Position numbers and translations under genes: made by a program
From: Candidatus Aminicenantales bacterium
GTDB taxonomy: Bacteria > Acidobacteriota > Aminicenantia > Aminicenantales > Saccharicenantaceae
NCBI GenBank assembly: GCA_049512315.1
Contig: JBEKXF010000023.1
Span: 1 to 48,517, forward strand
DNA: 48,517 nucleotides
Direction of reading: 5' to 3'
In this document: positions 34,784 to 44,542 of the stretch, one piece after another
Layout: the number at the start of each line of letters is the position of its first letter
How positions within the stretch are numbered: position 1 is the first letter of the stretch
The notes under the pieces: model-generated
The model's database searches: none
Told to the model about the DNA's origin: nothing
The model's input: only the letters and a program-made list of their open reading frames with translations

Positions 34784-36106
34784 TTGCGTTACGGGGCTAA
34801 AGGGGCGAGAGCGCGCGTCCAATGGGGCACGATTTTCCTTGTGCTCCCGGCCCTCATAGCGTCTTATGACGGGCAAACGGACGAGATCATCAAGAAGGGC
34901 CAGACGCTCAAGCTTGAACAGTGCATCGCTATCGCCCTCGAACGCCTGCCGGCCATCCTGGCGGCCCGAGCCACGTCGGAAGCCGACAAGAGCTTGATCC
35001 GTCAAGCCGAAGCCAACTATTTCCCTCAGATCGACTGGTCTTCCGCCTTCGGCCGCACCTCGGTCGGCCCGCGGACGTCCTACGGCTTCAAGACGAGTTC
35101 CATCACTTACAATTCTTATTCGACCGGACTTAACCTCAGCCAGGACGTCTTCGATTTCGGCAAGACACCGACCCAGGTCAGAATACAGAGGTTGAACTAT
35201 AGCGCTTCCGTTTCCGACATCGAGACCGCGACTCAGCAGGCCGTCTTCAATGTCAAACAGGATTATTACGGCGTCCTCCAGGCCAAACGCAGCACCGATG
35301 TCGTGGAGGACGCGGTCAAACAGTACCAACTGCACCTCGACCAGGCCAAGGGCCAATATGAGGTCGGCCTGTCGCCGAAATACGACGTGACGAAGGCCGA
35401 GGTGGACCTGGGCAACGCCAAAGTGAACCTGATCAAGGCCCGTAACGCCGTGAAGCTGGCCCTAGCCACGTTGAACAACGCCATGGGCGTCACCGGAACG
35501 CTCGAATACGACGTCGAGGACAACATGTCGTTCGAGCCCTACGGCGTTTCCTTCGAGGACGCGCTGGCCCAAGCTTATAAAAACAGGCCTGACCTGACAT
35601 CCCTCATCGCCAAGAGGCAGGCGGCGGAGAGCTCCATCACCCTGGCCAAGAAAGGGTTCTTCCCGGTGCTCAGCGGCTCCGCCTCCTACGACTATGCCGG
35701 AAACGCCTTTCCCCTCGCGAAGGGCTGGAGCCTCGGATTGAGCCTCGATGTGCCCATCTTCAATGGGTTCCTGACGACGGCCCAGGTGGCCCAGGCGCGG
35801 GCGAACCTGAACGTCATCCGGGCCAACGAAGAATCCCTGAGGCAGTCGGTCTACCTCGCCGTGGAGCAGGCCTACCTCAACCTCAAGCAGGCGGAGGAAC
35901 TGGTCCCCGTGGACGAGCTCAACGTGACCGCGGCCCAGGAGAATTTTGATATCGCCAACGGCAGCTACAAGGAAGGCGTCGGCGACCCGATCCAGGTCGC
36001 GGACGCCAGCACCGCCCTGATCAGCGCCAAGATTGCCTATATCGAAGCGCTCTATGAATGCAAAGTTGCCCGAGCCGCACTCGAGCAGGCCATGGGGTTA
36101 AGATGA
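34784..36106 (+). CDS. TolC-family outer membrane efflux protein
   Basis: TTG after SD AAGGAG; ANYFPQI, QDVFDFGK, KGFFPVL, VPIFNG. Confidence 0.9.
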   Translation: MRYGAKGARARVQWGTIFLVLPALIASYDGQTDEIIKKGQTLKLEQCIAIALERLPAILAARATSEADKSLIRQAEANYFPQIDWSSAFGRTSVGPRTSYGFKTSSITYNSYSTGLNLSQDVFDFGKTPTQVRIQRLNYSASVSDIETATQQAVFNVKQDYYGVLQAKRSTDVVEDAVKQYQLHLDQAKGQYEVGLSPKYDVTKAEVDLGNAKVNLIKARNAVKLALATLNNAMGVTGTLEYDVEDNMSFEPYGVSFEDALAQAYKNRPDLTSLIAKRQAAESSITLAKKGFFPVLSGSASYDYAGNAFPLAKGWSLGLSLDVPIFNGFLTTAQVAQARANLNVIRANEESLRQSVYLAVEQAYLNLKQAEELVPVDELNVTAAQENFDIANGSYKEGVGDPIQVADASTALISAKIAYIEALYECKVARAALEQAMGLR

Positions 36107-37254
36107 GAAAAAGAAATGCCGGAGCCATTCTCGTGTTATTTTTGGCCCTCTTGGGGTTCTTTTCCGGTGCCTGCAAGAGCGGCGGATCCCAGTACGTGAC
36201 CGAGAAGATCACGCGCGGCGACATTATCACGGCCGTCACGGCGACGGGCACCGTCAACGCGGTCAAGAGCGTCAACGTGGGAACGCAGGCTTCGGGACGG
36301 ATCACGAAGCTCTTCGTGGACTACAACTCCCCGGTTAAGAAAGGGGAGATCATCGCCCTGATCGATCCCGAGCTTTTCCAGGCCCAGGTGGACCAGGCCC
36401 GGGCCAACGTTGCCAACGCCAAGGCCAACCTGGACAAAGCGACGGCCACGGACGTGGACGCCAAGAGGACGTGGGAGCGTTACAAGGACCTCTACGCACG
36501 AAATCTCGTGGCCAAGAGCCAAATGGACACGGCCGAGACGAGCTTCCTTACGGCCGCCGCCTCGACCGTCGCCGCCAAGACCCAGGTCGACCAAACGACG
36601 GCGTCCCTCAGCCTCGCGCAAACGAATCTTTTCTACACGAAGATTATCTCTCCGGTGGACGGCGTCGTCATCTCCCGGAACGTCGATGTCGGCCAGACGG
36701 TCGCGGCCAGCTTCCAGACACCGACGCTGTTCCTGATCGCCGCGGACCTCACCAAGATGCAGATCGACACCAGCGTGGACGAAGCCGACGTCAGCAATGT
36801 GAAGGTCGGGCAGGACGTGGACTTCACGGTTGACGCCTACCCCGACGAAACGTTCAAAGGCAAGGTGTTCCAGGTCCGGAACTCCGCCGTCATGGTCCAG
36901 AACGTCGTCACCTACGACGTGGTCGTGCAGGTGAACAACCAGGACATGAGACTCATGCCGGGCATGACGGCCCAAGTCTCTATCATCACCTCCGTCGTCC
37001 GGAACGTCGTGCGGATTCCGAACGGGGCCCTGAGGTTCCGGCCCATGGAAAAAGGAAAGTCGGCCGTCGCGGGGCGGGGTCCCGGAGTCTGGACCCTCGA
37101 AAACAACCAGCCCAAGCGCATTCCCGTCAAGATCGGCTTCAGCGACGGGACCTATACCGAGCTCGTTTCCGGCGATGTCAAGGAAGGCGAGATTATCATC
37201 GTCGAGTCCCTGTCCAAGCCGAGCAGTCAGGCCGCCGGATTCAGGATGTTCTGA
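36103..37254 (+). CDS. MacA-like periplasmic adaptor
   Basis: VTATGTVNAV..VNVGTQASG, ISPVDGVVISRNVDVGQTVAASFQTPTLF. Confidence 0.93.
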   Translation: MRKRNAGAILVLFLALLGFFSGACKSGGSQYVTEKITRGDIITAVTATGTVNAVKSVNVGTQASGRITKLFVDYNSPVKKGEIIALIDPELFQAQVDQARANVANAKANLDKATATDVDAKRTWERYKDLYARNLVAKSQMDTAETSFLTAAASTVAAKTQVDQTTASLSLAQTNLFYTKIISPVDGVVISRNVDVGQTVAASFQTPTLFLIAADLTKMQIDTSVDEADVSNVKVGQDVDFTVDAYPDETFKGKVFQVRNSAVMVQNVVTYDVVVQVNNQDMRLMPGMTAQVSIITSVVRNVVRIPNGALRFRPMEKGKSAVAGRGPGVWTLENNQPKRIPVKIGFSDGTYTELVSGDVKEGEIIIVESLSKPSSQAAGFRMF

Positions 37255-37255
37255 A

Positions 37256-37993
37256 ATGGCGCTCATCGAGGTTCACGAGATCGTCAAGATCTACGACGTC
37301 GGCGAGATCAAGGTGAAGGCGCTCAACGGGGTATCCGTCTCCATAGAGAAGAAGGAGTTCGTTGCCGTCATGGGCCCCTCGGGATCAGGAAAATCCACGT
37401 TCATGAACCTTCTTGGCTGCCTCGACAAGCCGACGGCCGGCCACTATCTCCTGGACGGCCAGGATATCGGCGGCCTCGACCGGGACGCCCTGGCCGAGAT
37501 CCGAAACCGCAAAGTCGGTTTTGTCTTCCAGGGTTTTAATCTGCTGTCCCGGGCCACGGCCCTCGAAAACGTGGAGCTGCCCCTGCTTTATGATGGTGTG
37601 CAGCCCAGACAGAGGGCTCCGCTGGCCGCCGCGGCGCTGAAGAACGTCGGGCTCGCGGGCCGTGAATCGCACCATCCCAACCAGCTCTCCGGAGGCGAGC
37701 AGCAGCGCGTCGCTATCGCCCGGGCGCTCGTCAAGGGGGCGCCGATCATCCTAGCCGACGAGCCCACCGGCAATCTTGATACCAAGACGAGCGTCGAGAT
37801 CATGGAGCTGTTCGTCAAGCTCAACGAGGAATCGGATATCACCATCGTCCTCGTCACTCACGAGCCGGACATCGCGGCCTTCGCCGGCCGGACCATCAGA
37901 TTCCGCGATGGCCGGGTGGTTAGCGATGAGAAGGCGGTCGGGACGAGGGCCGAGCGGACAACGGACGCCTGGGCAAAAGAGGTTTCCCGATGA
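37256..37993 (+). CDS. MacB/LolD-type ABC ATP-binding protein
   Basis: [39 protein letters not shown]. Confidence 0.95.
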   Translation: MALIEVHEIVKIYDVGEIKVKALNGVSVSIEKKEFVAVMGPSGSGKSTFMNLLGCLDKPTAGHYLLDGQDIGGLDRDALAEIRNRKVGFVFQGFNLLSRATALENVELPLLYDGVQPRQRAPLAAAALKNVGLAGRESHHPNQLSGGEQQRVAIARALVKGAPIILADEPTGNLDTKTSVEIMELFVKLNEESDITIVLVTHEPDIAAFAGRTIRFRDGRVVSDEKAVGTRAERTTDAWAKEVSR

Positions 37994-39219
37994 TCAACCT
38001 GCTCTGGACGCTGAAGATCGCCGTCAAGGCCCTCCAGGCGAATAAGATGCGCTCGGCCCTGACCATGCTCGGCATCATCATCGGCGTCGGCGCCGTGATC
38101 GCCATGCTGGCCGTGGGCACCGGGGCAAGCCAGCGGATCTCCGACCAGATCCAAAGCATCGGCAGCAACCTGCTGATCATCATGCCCGGTTCGACGACGT
38201 CGGGCGGCGTCCGGATGGGCGCCGGCACTCAGCCCACGCTGACTCTGGGCGACGCGGACGCCATCAAAAAGGAATGCCCCACCGTGGCCTATGTCGGGCC
38301 CAGCCTCTCGGGCGCGGCCCAGGTCGTCTACGGCCACACGAACTGGTCGACGGGCGTCCAGGGCACGACACCGGACATGCTGGCGTTGCGGAACTGGCCC
38401 ATGTCGAGCGGACGGGCGTTCACGCAACAGGACGTCAAGAGCGCCACCAAGGTCTGCCTGCTCGGGCAAACGGTCGTCGACAACCTGTTCGGGAGCGATG
38501 ACCCGGTGGGCCAGATGGTCAGGATCAAGAACATCCCGTTCAAGGTCCTGGGCGTGCTGGCTTCCAAAGGGCAGTCGGCTGTCGGCCAGGACCAGGATGA
38601 TACCGTCTACATCCCCGTGACCACGGCTCAGAAAAGGCTCTTCGGAACATCGTTCCCCGGGATGGTCCGCGTCATCATGGTCGAGGTCAGGAGCCTCGAG
38701 GAGATGGACGCCGCCCAGCGGCAAATCACTTCGCTTCTCAGGCAGAGGCATCACCTCGGTCAGAAGCAGGACTCCGACTTCTCCATCAGGAACCTCACCC
38801 AGTTCATGGAGGCGGCCGAACAGTCCGCCCGGGTCATGACCCTCCTGCTCGGTGCCATCGCCTCCGTATCGCTCCTCGTCGGCGGCATCGGCATCATGAA
38901 CATCATGCTCGTCTCGGTGACGGAGAGGACGAGGGAAATCGGGATCCGCATGGCCGTGGGTGCCAAAACGAAGGCGATCCGGACGCAGTTCATCGCCGAA
39001 GCGCTCACGCTGTCCATGATCGGAGGCATCACGGGGATCATCGCCGGCGTCGCCGTGTCGAAGATCATCTCGGCCCTGGCGGGCTGGTCGACGGTGATCT
39101 CGCCCTTCTCGATCGTCCTGGCCTTCGGATTTTCCGCGATCGTGGGGATCTTCTTCGGCTATTATCCGGCCTATAAGGCGTCGCTCCTCGATCCCATCCT
39201 GGCGCTGCATTACGAATAA
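37990..39219 (+). CDS. MacB-type ABC permease
   Basis: NKMRSALTMLGIIIGV, SLLVGGIGIMNIMLVSVTERTREIGIR, GYYPA. Confidence 0.95.
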   Translation: MINLLWTLKIAVKALQANKMRSALTMLGIIIGVGAVIAMLAVGTGASQRISDQIQSIGSNLLIIMPGSTTSGGVRMGAGTQPTLTLGDADAIKKECPTVAYVGPSLSGAAQVVYGHTNWSTGVQGTTPDMLALRNWPMSSGRAFTQQDVKSATKVCLLGQTVVDNLFGSDDPVGQMVRIKNIPFKVLGVLASKGQSAVGQDQDDTVYIPVTTAQKRLFGTSFPGMVRVIMVEVRSLEEMDAAQRQITSLLRQRHHLGQKQDSDFSIRNLTQFMEAAEQSARVMTLLLGAIASVSLLVGGIGIMNIMLVSVTERTREIGIRMAVGAKTKAIRTQFIAEALTLSMIGGITGIIAGVAVSKIISALAGWSTVISPFSIVLAFGFSAIVGIFFGYYPAYKASLLDPILALHYE

Positions 39220-39240
39220 CGACGGACAGGAACCTTAGGA

Positions 39241-39372
39241 CTGACAGGGAATATCCGGGCGGTCCATATTCTCCTGGGTCACAGGTCCATCAAGATTACA
39301 GATATATGCTGACCTGACCGATGAGCATCTTCACGCGGCCGGAAGCCATCTCCGCAGCCCGGATTTGGACAC
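39241..39372 (+). pseudogene. C-terminal remnant of a tyrosine recombinase/integrase
   Basis: LTGNIRAVHILLGHRSIKIT, then after a frameshift at about 39301, IYADLTDEHLHAA: the box II 'LGH.....T..Y' pattern. Confidence 0.65.
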
Positions 39373-39698
39373 GCCTGTCGTTTTGCCGGGCCGTGCAATC
39401 GTGCAAGACCCGAAACGCCTTCAAGAATTTATCTAGAGATGATTAATCCCCCTTATCCCCTTGCAGCCCTTGATGGTGACGGCGCGGCCCAGGCGGGCAG
39501 AGAGTCTGTCTGCTTGGCCGCGCAGACCGATCATTTTGTGTCAACAATCCCGCCCCGGGTGCTTTTTGCGGCTCTTGACTTGGACCCAGAGCCTAAGGTA
39601 TACTCCACCCATTGGGGAGGAGCCAGTAATTCGCCGTTTTGTGGCTGGGCTTCGCCCGCGTCGCGAGAAAGGGAATTTTTATCCGTATTGGAGGACCC

Positions 39699-40577
39699 AT
39701 GAAACGCTTAGTTCTGGTCATGTTCGTTCTGCTGGCCGCTACGGCCGTCATGGCCGAAGACCTGACTGTCGGGGAGATCCTGTCTGCCCACAGGGCAGGG
39801 GCTGATGCCAACGGTCTGGTCAAGATGATCAACGACCCCGTCTACACGGCCATCAAGATCACCCCGGCCGACCTCGAGACGCTCAAGGCAGCCGGTGTGC
39901 CCCAGGAGGCGATCACGGCTCTGCAGGCCAGGATGCCCGCGCCGCCCCCGGCACCAGCGCTGGCCAGCCCTGATGACCAGCGTCTTGTCGATATCGTGCG
40001 GCTCGCCAAGTCCGGCCTCTCGGAGGCCCTGATCACCGACCAGATCAAGACCTCAAACCAGTCCTACGACCTCTCGGCCAACGATCTTGTGTATCTCAAG
40101 GAAAACGGTGTCAACGACGCGATCGTCAAAGAGCTGTTAGCCAGCAAGGCCAAGGCCGTGGCGCCACCCGCCGTTGCGGCCCCCGCAGTCCCCGCGGTCG
40201 CGGCTGTGCCGGCAGTCCAGAACGCGGAGGACGTCGTGAGCGATCTGGTCCTGGTCAAGACCGGCCTCTTCCAGAAGGATCATCCGGGTCGCCTCGTCGT
40301 GAAGCAGGACGGGATCGATTGGGTCGACGCTCAGAAGCCCGCCGATAACTTCTCCTTCAAGCCCGCCGGGATCGAAAAGCTATGGTTCTCCTCTCGCGCC
40401 AAGGGGGCTGCGATCTTCCCGTTCCGAGTCAACATTCAGATCTCCAAGGGGGCCCGCTACCGATTCCAGGATGTCAACAAGGAGACCGGCTCGAACAGCG
40501 CCGTCCAGAAGCTCTTTGAGGTCATCAAGACTCGTTTCCCCAGCATTCTGATTGGCGAGCCCGAAATCGAAAAATAG
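39699..40577 (+). CDS. Secreted hypothetical protein with two helical repeats and a C-terminal beta domain
   Basis: Signal peptide; repeats 'DLETLKAAGVPQEAI' and 'DLVYLKENGVNDAIV'; Pro/Ala linkers; SD GGAGG; promoter TTGACT-18-TATACT. Confidence 0.75.
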   Translation: MKRLVLVMFVLLAATAVMAEDLTVGEILSAHRAGADANGLVKMINDPVYTAIKITPADLETLKAAGVPQEAITALQARMPAPPPAPALASPDDQRLVDIVRLAKSGLSEALITDQIKTSNQSYDLSANDLVYLKENGVNDAIVKELLASKAKAVAPPAVAAPAVPAVAAVPAVQNAEDVVSDLVLVKTGLFQKDHPGRLVVKQDGIDWVDAQKPADNFSFKPAGIEKLWFSSRAKGAAIFPFRVNIQISKGARYRFQDVNKETGSNSAVQKLFEVIKTRFPSILIGEPEIEK

Positions 40578-40713
40578 CCCCAGCCCGTTCTTTGTGCGCG
40601 CCGGGCAGCGGGAGAGGGAAATTCCTGCCCGTCACAGACGAACCATGGCCTGTGCCGCCCGGCCGGCGCTAAGTGCTAAGAATCGGATTCGGGTCATTTG
40701 GCGTGCTGGAGAA

Positions 40714-40788
40714 TGGTGGGCGATACAGGATTTGAACCTGTGACTCCTACCGTGTGAAGGTAGTACTCTGCCACTGAGTTAATCGCCC
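40714..40788 (-). tRNA. tRNA-Val (anticodon CAC)
   Basis: 75-nt cloverleaf GGGCGATTAACTCAGTGGCAGAGTACTACCTTCACACGGTAGGAGTCACAGGTTCAAATCCTGTATCGCCCACCA with encoded CCA. Confidence 0.96.
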
Positions 40789-40798
40789 ACGCCCCCCC

Positions 40799-40826
40799 AT
40801 TTTAGCCAATTTCTCGAGGTTGTCAA
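40799..40826 (-). promoter_or_regulatory. Stable-RNA-type promoter of tRNA-Val
   Basis: TTGACA-16-TAAAAT followed by a G-rich discriminator. Confidence 0.7.
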
Positions 40827-40959
40827 TTTGGGCCGCCGGCCGGGCATTTCCGGGGCCGATCCGGGTCCGAGGGCAGACGGAAAGCAACCCGGCGGGCCCC
40901 CCCGGAGTCTCACCAAACTCCGGTTGACATTGCCGTCTAATCCCCTTATAAATAAAGTA

Positions 40960-42513
40960 ATGGCCATCATCCGGTGTCCTTACTGCCACGCCATCATCGA
41001 CGAAAACGACAAATACTGCAACAATTGCGGGACCCAGCTCCTCTTCTCCGAGGACGAATCCATCGAAGAGGAGATCCCGGGCGAGAAGATCATCGAGGCC
41101 GAGCCGGATGAAGAAGAGAAGGACTACGAGATCGAGGAACCCGGAAAGGAAACGACCAAGCTCCTCGATGGGGACGACGGGGCGGAGGAGAAGACCGGGA
41201 AGTCGGCCGAGGCACCGGAGGGGGAAACCGGAACGAAGGACATCGGGGAGCTGATCGAGGAAGAGAAGCCTGAGGATGTCCGGGAAGCAGAGCTCGAAGG
41301 CCATGAAGACGAGACCGAGGAAGTGATCCTGGTCGACGAGATCGCGGCCCAGGAAGCCGCCGCGAAAGCAGAGGAGGAGTCCGGAGGGAAAGAAGCGGTT
41401 GCCGACGAAACAGCGAAGCCGGCGGCTCCGAAGGCGGCCTCCGAAGAGGAGACCAGGGCGTACGCGGTCGAACCCCTCGAAAAGGAAGGCCCCGGCGACA
41501 AAACCGCAGGGCTGACCTCCCCCCCGGCACCCGCGGAGAAGGTTCCGGTCAGTGGGCTCGGGACGGAAGCGGAGCCGGCCAAAGAGGAAAAGCCGGAAAC
41601 GGTAGAAGTCCGTACGGGGGAGGTCGAGAACGGCGGGGTTGTAGAGCCGGCACCCGCAGTGGCACCGAAACCCATGACCTTCGACACGCAGGAGCTCGAG
41701 GGCATCGGAAAGACCGTCGAGCTCAGCAAGGAGCGGCTCGATAAGCTCATGGACGTCATGGCGGAGAAGCAGAAGGAGGAGGAGCCGCGGAAGGAAGCCT
41801 CGAAGCCGGAGCCGGAAAAAGCGACCGGCACCCTTCCCCCTTGGGCGGACAGGATCAGAAGCTCCGCGTCGGTCGTCGAGCGAAAGGACACCCGGGATCT
41901 TGGACCTGGATTCATTAAAGAAGAGGCGGCCGGCCTCGGGGATAAAGACGCCGAGGGAGGATCGGGCCGGGCCGGAACTGGGGAAAAACCCGGGCAGAAC
42001 GCGGAAGAGGAGATCTTCCCCCGCCGCAAGCCCCCGGATTCAGGCATCGGCCTTCCCGAGCGCGTGACGCAGGCGGCCCTGCCCTTCGAATCGGCCGTTC
42101 GCGAGGAAGAGGAAGGCGAGGAGGTCGCGGAGGAAGAGGCTTTCGAGTCCGCTCCGGCGCCCGCCGAACCCGGCCTTCCGAAAAAGGAGGGGCTCCGTGC
42201 TTCCGTCCCCGAGGAGGCGGAGGCCGAGGCCGATCTCGAAAAAGAGCCGGAGGAAGAAGAGCTCCAGCCTCCTTTTCACCTCTCCGTTTTCCTGAAAGCC
42301 AAGGCCTTCGACGTCCTGTTCATCGGCATCTTCTGGCTCGTTGCCCTTTGGGTGGCCGCCCGGTCCATGAGCGCGACCCTGTTCGAGCTCCTGTCCGTCA
42401 CGTCCGGGTCCGTTTTCCTCCTGTACGCCGTCTTCGTCCTGATCTATTTTTTTCTTTTCAAGTTCTTCCTGGGCGAGACGCTGGGTGACAGGCTGTTCAA
42501 GGAACGGGAATAG
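40960..42513 (+). CDS. Zinc-ribbon protein with a long acidic disordered linker and C-terminal TM (RDD-like) segment
   Basis: CPYC...CNNC; Glu/Pro/Ala-rich middle; KAFDVLFIGIFWLVALW...GETLG. Confidence 0.8.
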   Translation: MAIIRCPYCHAIIDENDKYCNNCGTQLLFSEDESIEEEIPGEKIIEAEPDEEEKDYEIEEPGKETTKLLDGDDGAEEKTGKSAEAPEGETGTKDIGELIEEEKPEDVREAELEGHEDETEEVILVDEIAAQEAAAKAEEESGGKEAVADETAKPAAPKAASEEETRAYAVEPLEKEGPGDKTAGLTSPPAPAEKVPVSGLGTEAEPAKEEKPETVEVRTGEVENGGVVEPAPAVAPKPMTFDTQELEGIGKTVELSKERLDKLMDVMAEKQKEEEPRKEASKPEPEKATGTLPPWADRIRSSASVVERKDTRDLGPGFIKEEAAGLGDKDAEGGSGRAGTGEKPGQNAEEEIFPRRKPPDSGIGLPERVTQAALPFESAVREEEEGEEVAEEEAFESAPAPAEPGLPKKEGLRASVPEEAEAEADLEKEPEEEELQPPFHLSVFLKAKAFDVLFIGIFWLVALWVAARSMSATLFELLSVTSGSVFLLYAVFVLIYFFLFKFFLGETLGDRLFKERE

Positions 42514-42568
42514 CCGGGACCTTTCCGCCGGGCCGATAACCCTTTGCTAAAAACCCCCGCCGGGTGCG

Positions 42569-43309
42569 CTAGATGCCCAGGCTCAGCCGTTCGGCCAGGG
42601 CGGGCGGGAGCTTCTCGTCGAGGATCCTCTTCTTGGCGCCCTCAATGTCGTAGTCGACACGGGTGAACTTGACGATCCGCGTCTCGGAGTCGTAGGTGGC
42701 GAAGGCCGCGCGCGGGTTCCTGTCCCGGGGCTGCCCCACGGAGCCGGGGTTGATGAGGTAGCGGACGCCCTTCTCGAGCTTGACCTCGTTCGTGTTCCCC
42801 TCGAGGAACGTCCCCTCGACGTTCCCGTCCTTTTCGGAGTAGACGAAGGGAAAGTGGGTGTGGCCGAAAAAGCAGAGGGGCGTCTGGATGTAGGAGAAGG
42901 CCTCGGCGGCGTCGAACTCCCCGAAGATGTAATAGTCCTCGTCGAAGGGCGCGCCGTGGCAGATCGTGATCGTGTCGTGGATGATCTCCGGGCTCTGCCT
43001 GAGCCGGGAGAGGAAGTCCAGGTTTTTCCGGGTGATGGTCTTCTTGGTCCAGAAGATGGCCGAGGCCGCGATGGGGTTGAAGGTCTGGACCGAGTCCAGG
43101 CCCGAGACCGCCTTGTCGTGGTTGCCGCGGATGATGGACAGGGGCCGAAGGGTCAGGATCCTCTGGATGACCTCGTTGGGGGAGGCGCCGTAGCCGACGA
43201 GGTCCCCGAGAAAGATATAGTGGTCGATCCGCTTCTTCTGGATGACCTTGAGCACCGCGTGGAGCGCTTCCAGGTTCCCGTGGATATCCGTGAAGATCAG
43301 GTACCGCAT
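42569..43309 (-). CDS. Calcineurin-like metallophosphoesterase
   Basis: DIHGN, LGDLVGYG, RGNHD, CHG, GHTH, INPGSVGQPRD; SD GGGAGG. Confidence 0.93.
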   Translation of the reverse strand: MRYLIFTDIHGNLEALHAVLKVIQKKRIDHYIFLGDLVGYGASPNEVIQRILTLRPLSIIRGNHDKAVSGLDSVQTFNPIAASAIFWTKKTITRKNLDFLSRLRQSPEIIHDTITICHGAPFDEDYYIFGEFDAAEAFSYIQTPLCFFGHTHFPFVYSEKDGNVEGTFLEGNTNEVKLEKGVRYLINPGSVGQPRDRNPRAAFATYDSETRIVKFTRVDYDIEGAKKRILDEKLPPALAERLSLGI

Positions 43310-43317
43310 GGCCTCCC

Positions 43318-44172
43318 TCACCTTCCTTGAACGGTCTCGTACAACAGATCGGCCTCGAACGAACTCCGGACCAGGGGCCCGGCCGCGACCTCCGCGAACC
43401 CGAGGGCCAGGGCCTTCGTCCGGAGCGCCTCGAATTCGCCGGGAGCATAGTACCTTTCGACCGGAGGGTTGACCGCGGCCGGCTGGAGGTACTGGCCCAC
43501 GGTCAGCAGGTCGCATCCGGCCCGCCGGAGATCGGCGAAGGCCCCGAGAATGTCCTCTTCGGCTTCTCCCAAACCGATCATCAGGCCCGATTTCGTCCGG
43601 GCACCTCTCCTTTTCGCCGCCGCCAGGACACCCAGGGACCGCCGGTAGCCTTCCCGAGGCCGGCGGATCTTCGGATACAGCGATTCCACGGTCTCCAGGT
43701 TATGGTTGAGGACGTCCGGCCCGGCCTCGAGCACGATCTCCAGGGCTGCTTCGTCCCCGCCGAAGTCCGGGACGAGGGCCTCGACCCTCATCCCCGGGCT
43801 GGCCTCCCGGACCGCTTGGATCGTCCGGGCGAAATGGGAAGCCCCCCCGTCCGGGAGATCGTCGCGCGTCACTGACGTGAGGACGACGTATCGGAGGCCC
43901 AGGGCGTGGGCCGCTTCGGCCACGCGAGCCGGCTCGCCGGGGTCCGGGGCCGCCGGCACGCCCTTGGCGACGGCGCAGAAGCCGCAGTCCCGCGTGCAGG
44001 TGTCTCCCAGGATCAGGAAGGTCGCCGTCTTCTTCTCCCAGCAGTGCCCGATGTTCGGGCAGCGGGCGCTGCGGCAGATCGTATGGAGATGCCGGGATTC
44101 GAGGAGGTCCGAGACACGGAAGAAATCCCCGTGCGACGGGAGTCGGACTTTCAGCCAATCAGGTTTTCGCGT
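43318..44172 (-). CDS. lipA: Lipoyl synthase; start codon non-canonical or mutated (candidate ACG at 44172)
   Basis: KPDWLKV, CRSARCPNIGHC (CX4CX5C), CTRDCGFC, NHNLETV, GQYLQP, LVRSS. The frame is open upstream of the ORF-track start at 43959. Confidence 0.9.
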   Translation of the reverse strand, partial: TRKPDWLKVRLPSHGDFFRVSDLLESRHLHTICRSARCPNIGHCWEKKTATFLILGDTCTRDCGFCAVAKGVPAAPDPGEPARVAEAAHALGLRYVVLTSVTRDDLPDGGASHFARTIQAVREASPGMRVEALVPDFGGDEAALEIVLEAGPDVLNHNLETVESLYPKIRRPREGYRRSLGVLAAAKRRGARTKSGLMIGLGEAEEDILGAFADLRRAGCDLLTVGQYLQPAAVNPPVERYYAPGEFEALRTKALALGFAEVAAGPLVRSSFEADLLYETVQGR

Positions 44173-44275
44173 CGCTGGGGCTCCCTCGTTCGTTGGATAG
44201 ACCCTTTTCGTTCGAACCGGTCCTCCCGCTGAACTGTTGGACGAAATTTCAGGTCTGATGAAGAGCGGAAAGCTC

Positions 44276-44482
44276 TCAGTATTCGACGTCGCGCTCTCTC
44301 TTGATGCGCCGCCGCATCCGTTTCCGAGCTTGGGCTTCTTTCATCCGCCGCCGTTCCCCGGGCTTGAAGTACACGGAGTGCTTCTTGATCTCCTTGATGA
44401 TCGCTTCCTGCTGGACCCGGCGCTTGAACCGGCGGAGTGCGGATTCTAAATTTTCGCCTTCCTCTAGAATGACAAACGCCAA
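44276..44482 (-). CDS. rpsU: 30S ribosomal protein S21
   Basis: ESALRRFKR...EIKKHSVYFKPGERRR; TTG start, SD GGAGGT; promoter TTGACT-17-TATAAA (44546-44518). Confidence 0.93.
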   Translation of the reverse strand: MAFVILEEGENLESALRRFKRRVQQEAIIKEIKKHSVYFKPGERRRMKEAQARKRMRRRIKRERDVEY

Positions 44483-44542
44483 AAAAACTCACCTCCAATC
44501 TCGGAAAATCACTGATTTTTATACAGGATTGGGCTCCGAAAG

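Noticed and set aside
39471..39490. Degenerate att copy of the tRNA-Val 3' end (ATGGTGACGGCG)
   Set aside because: The match to ATGGTGGGCG is too short and gapped to be distinguished from chance.
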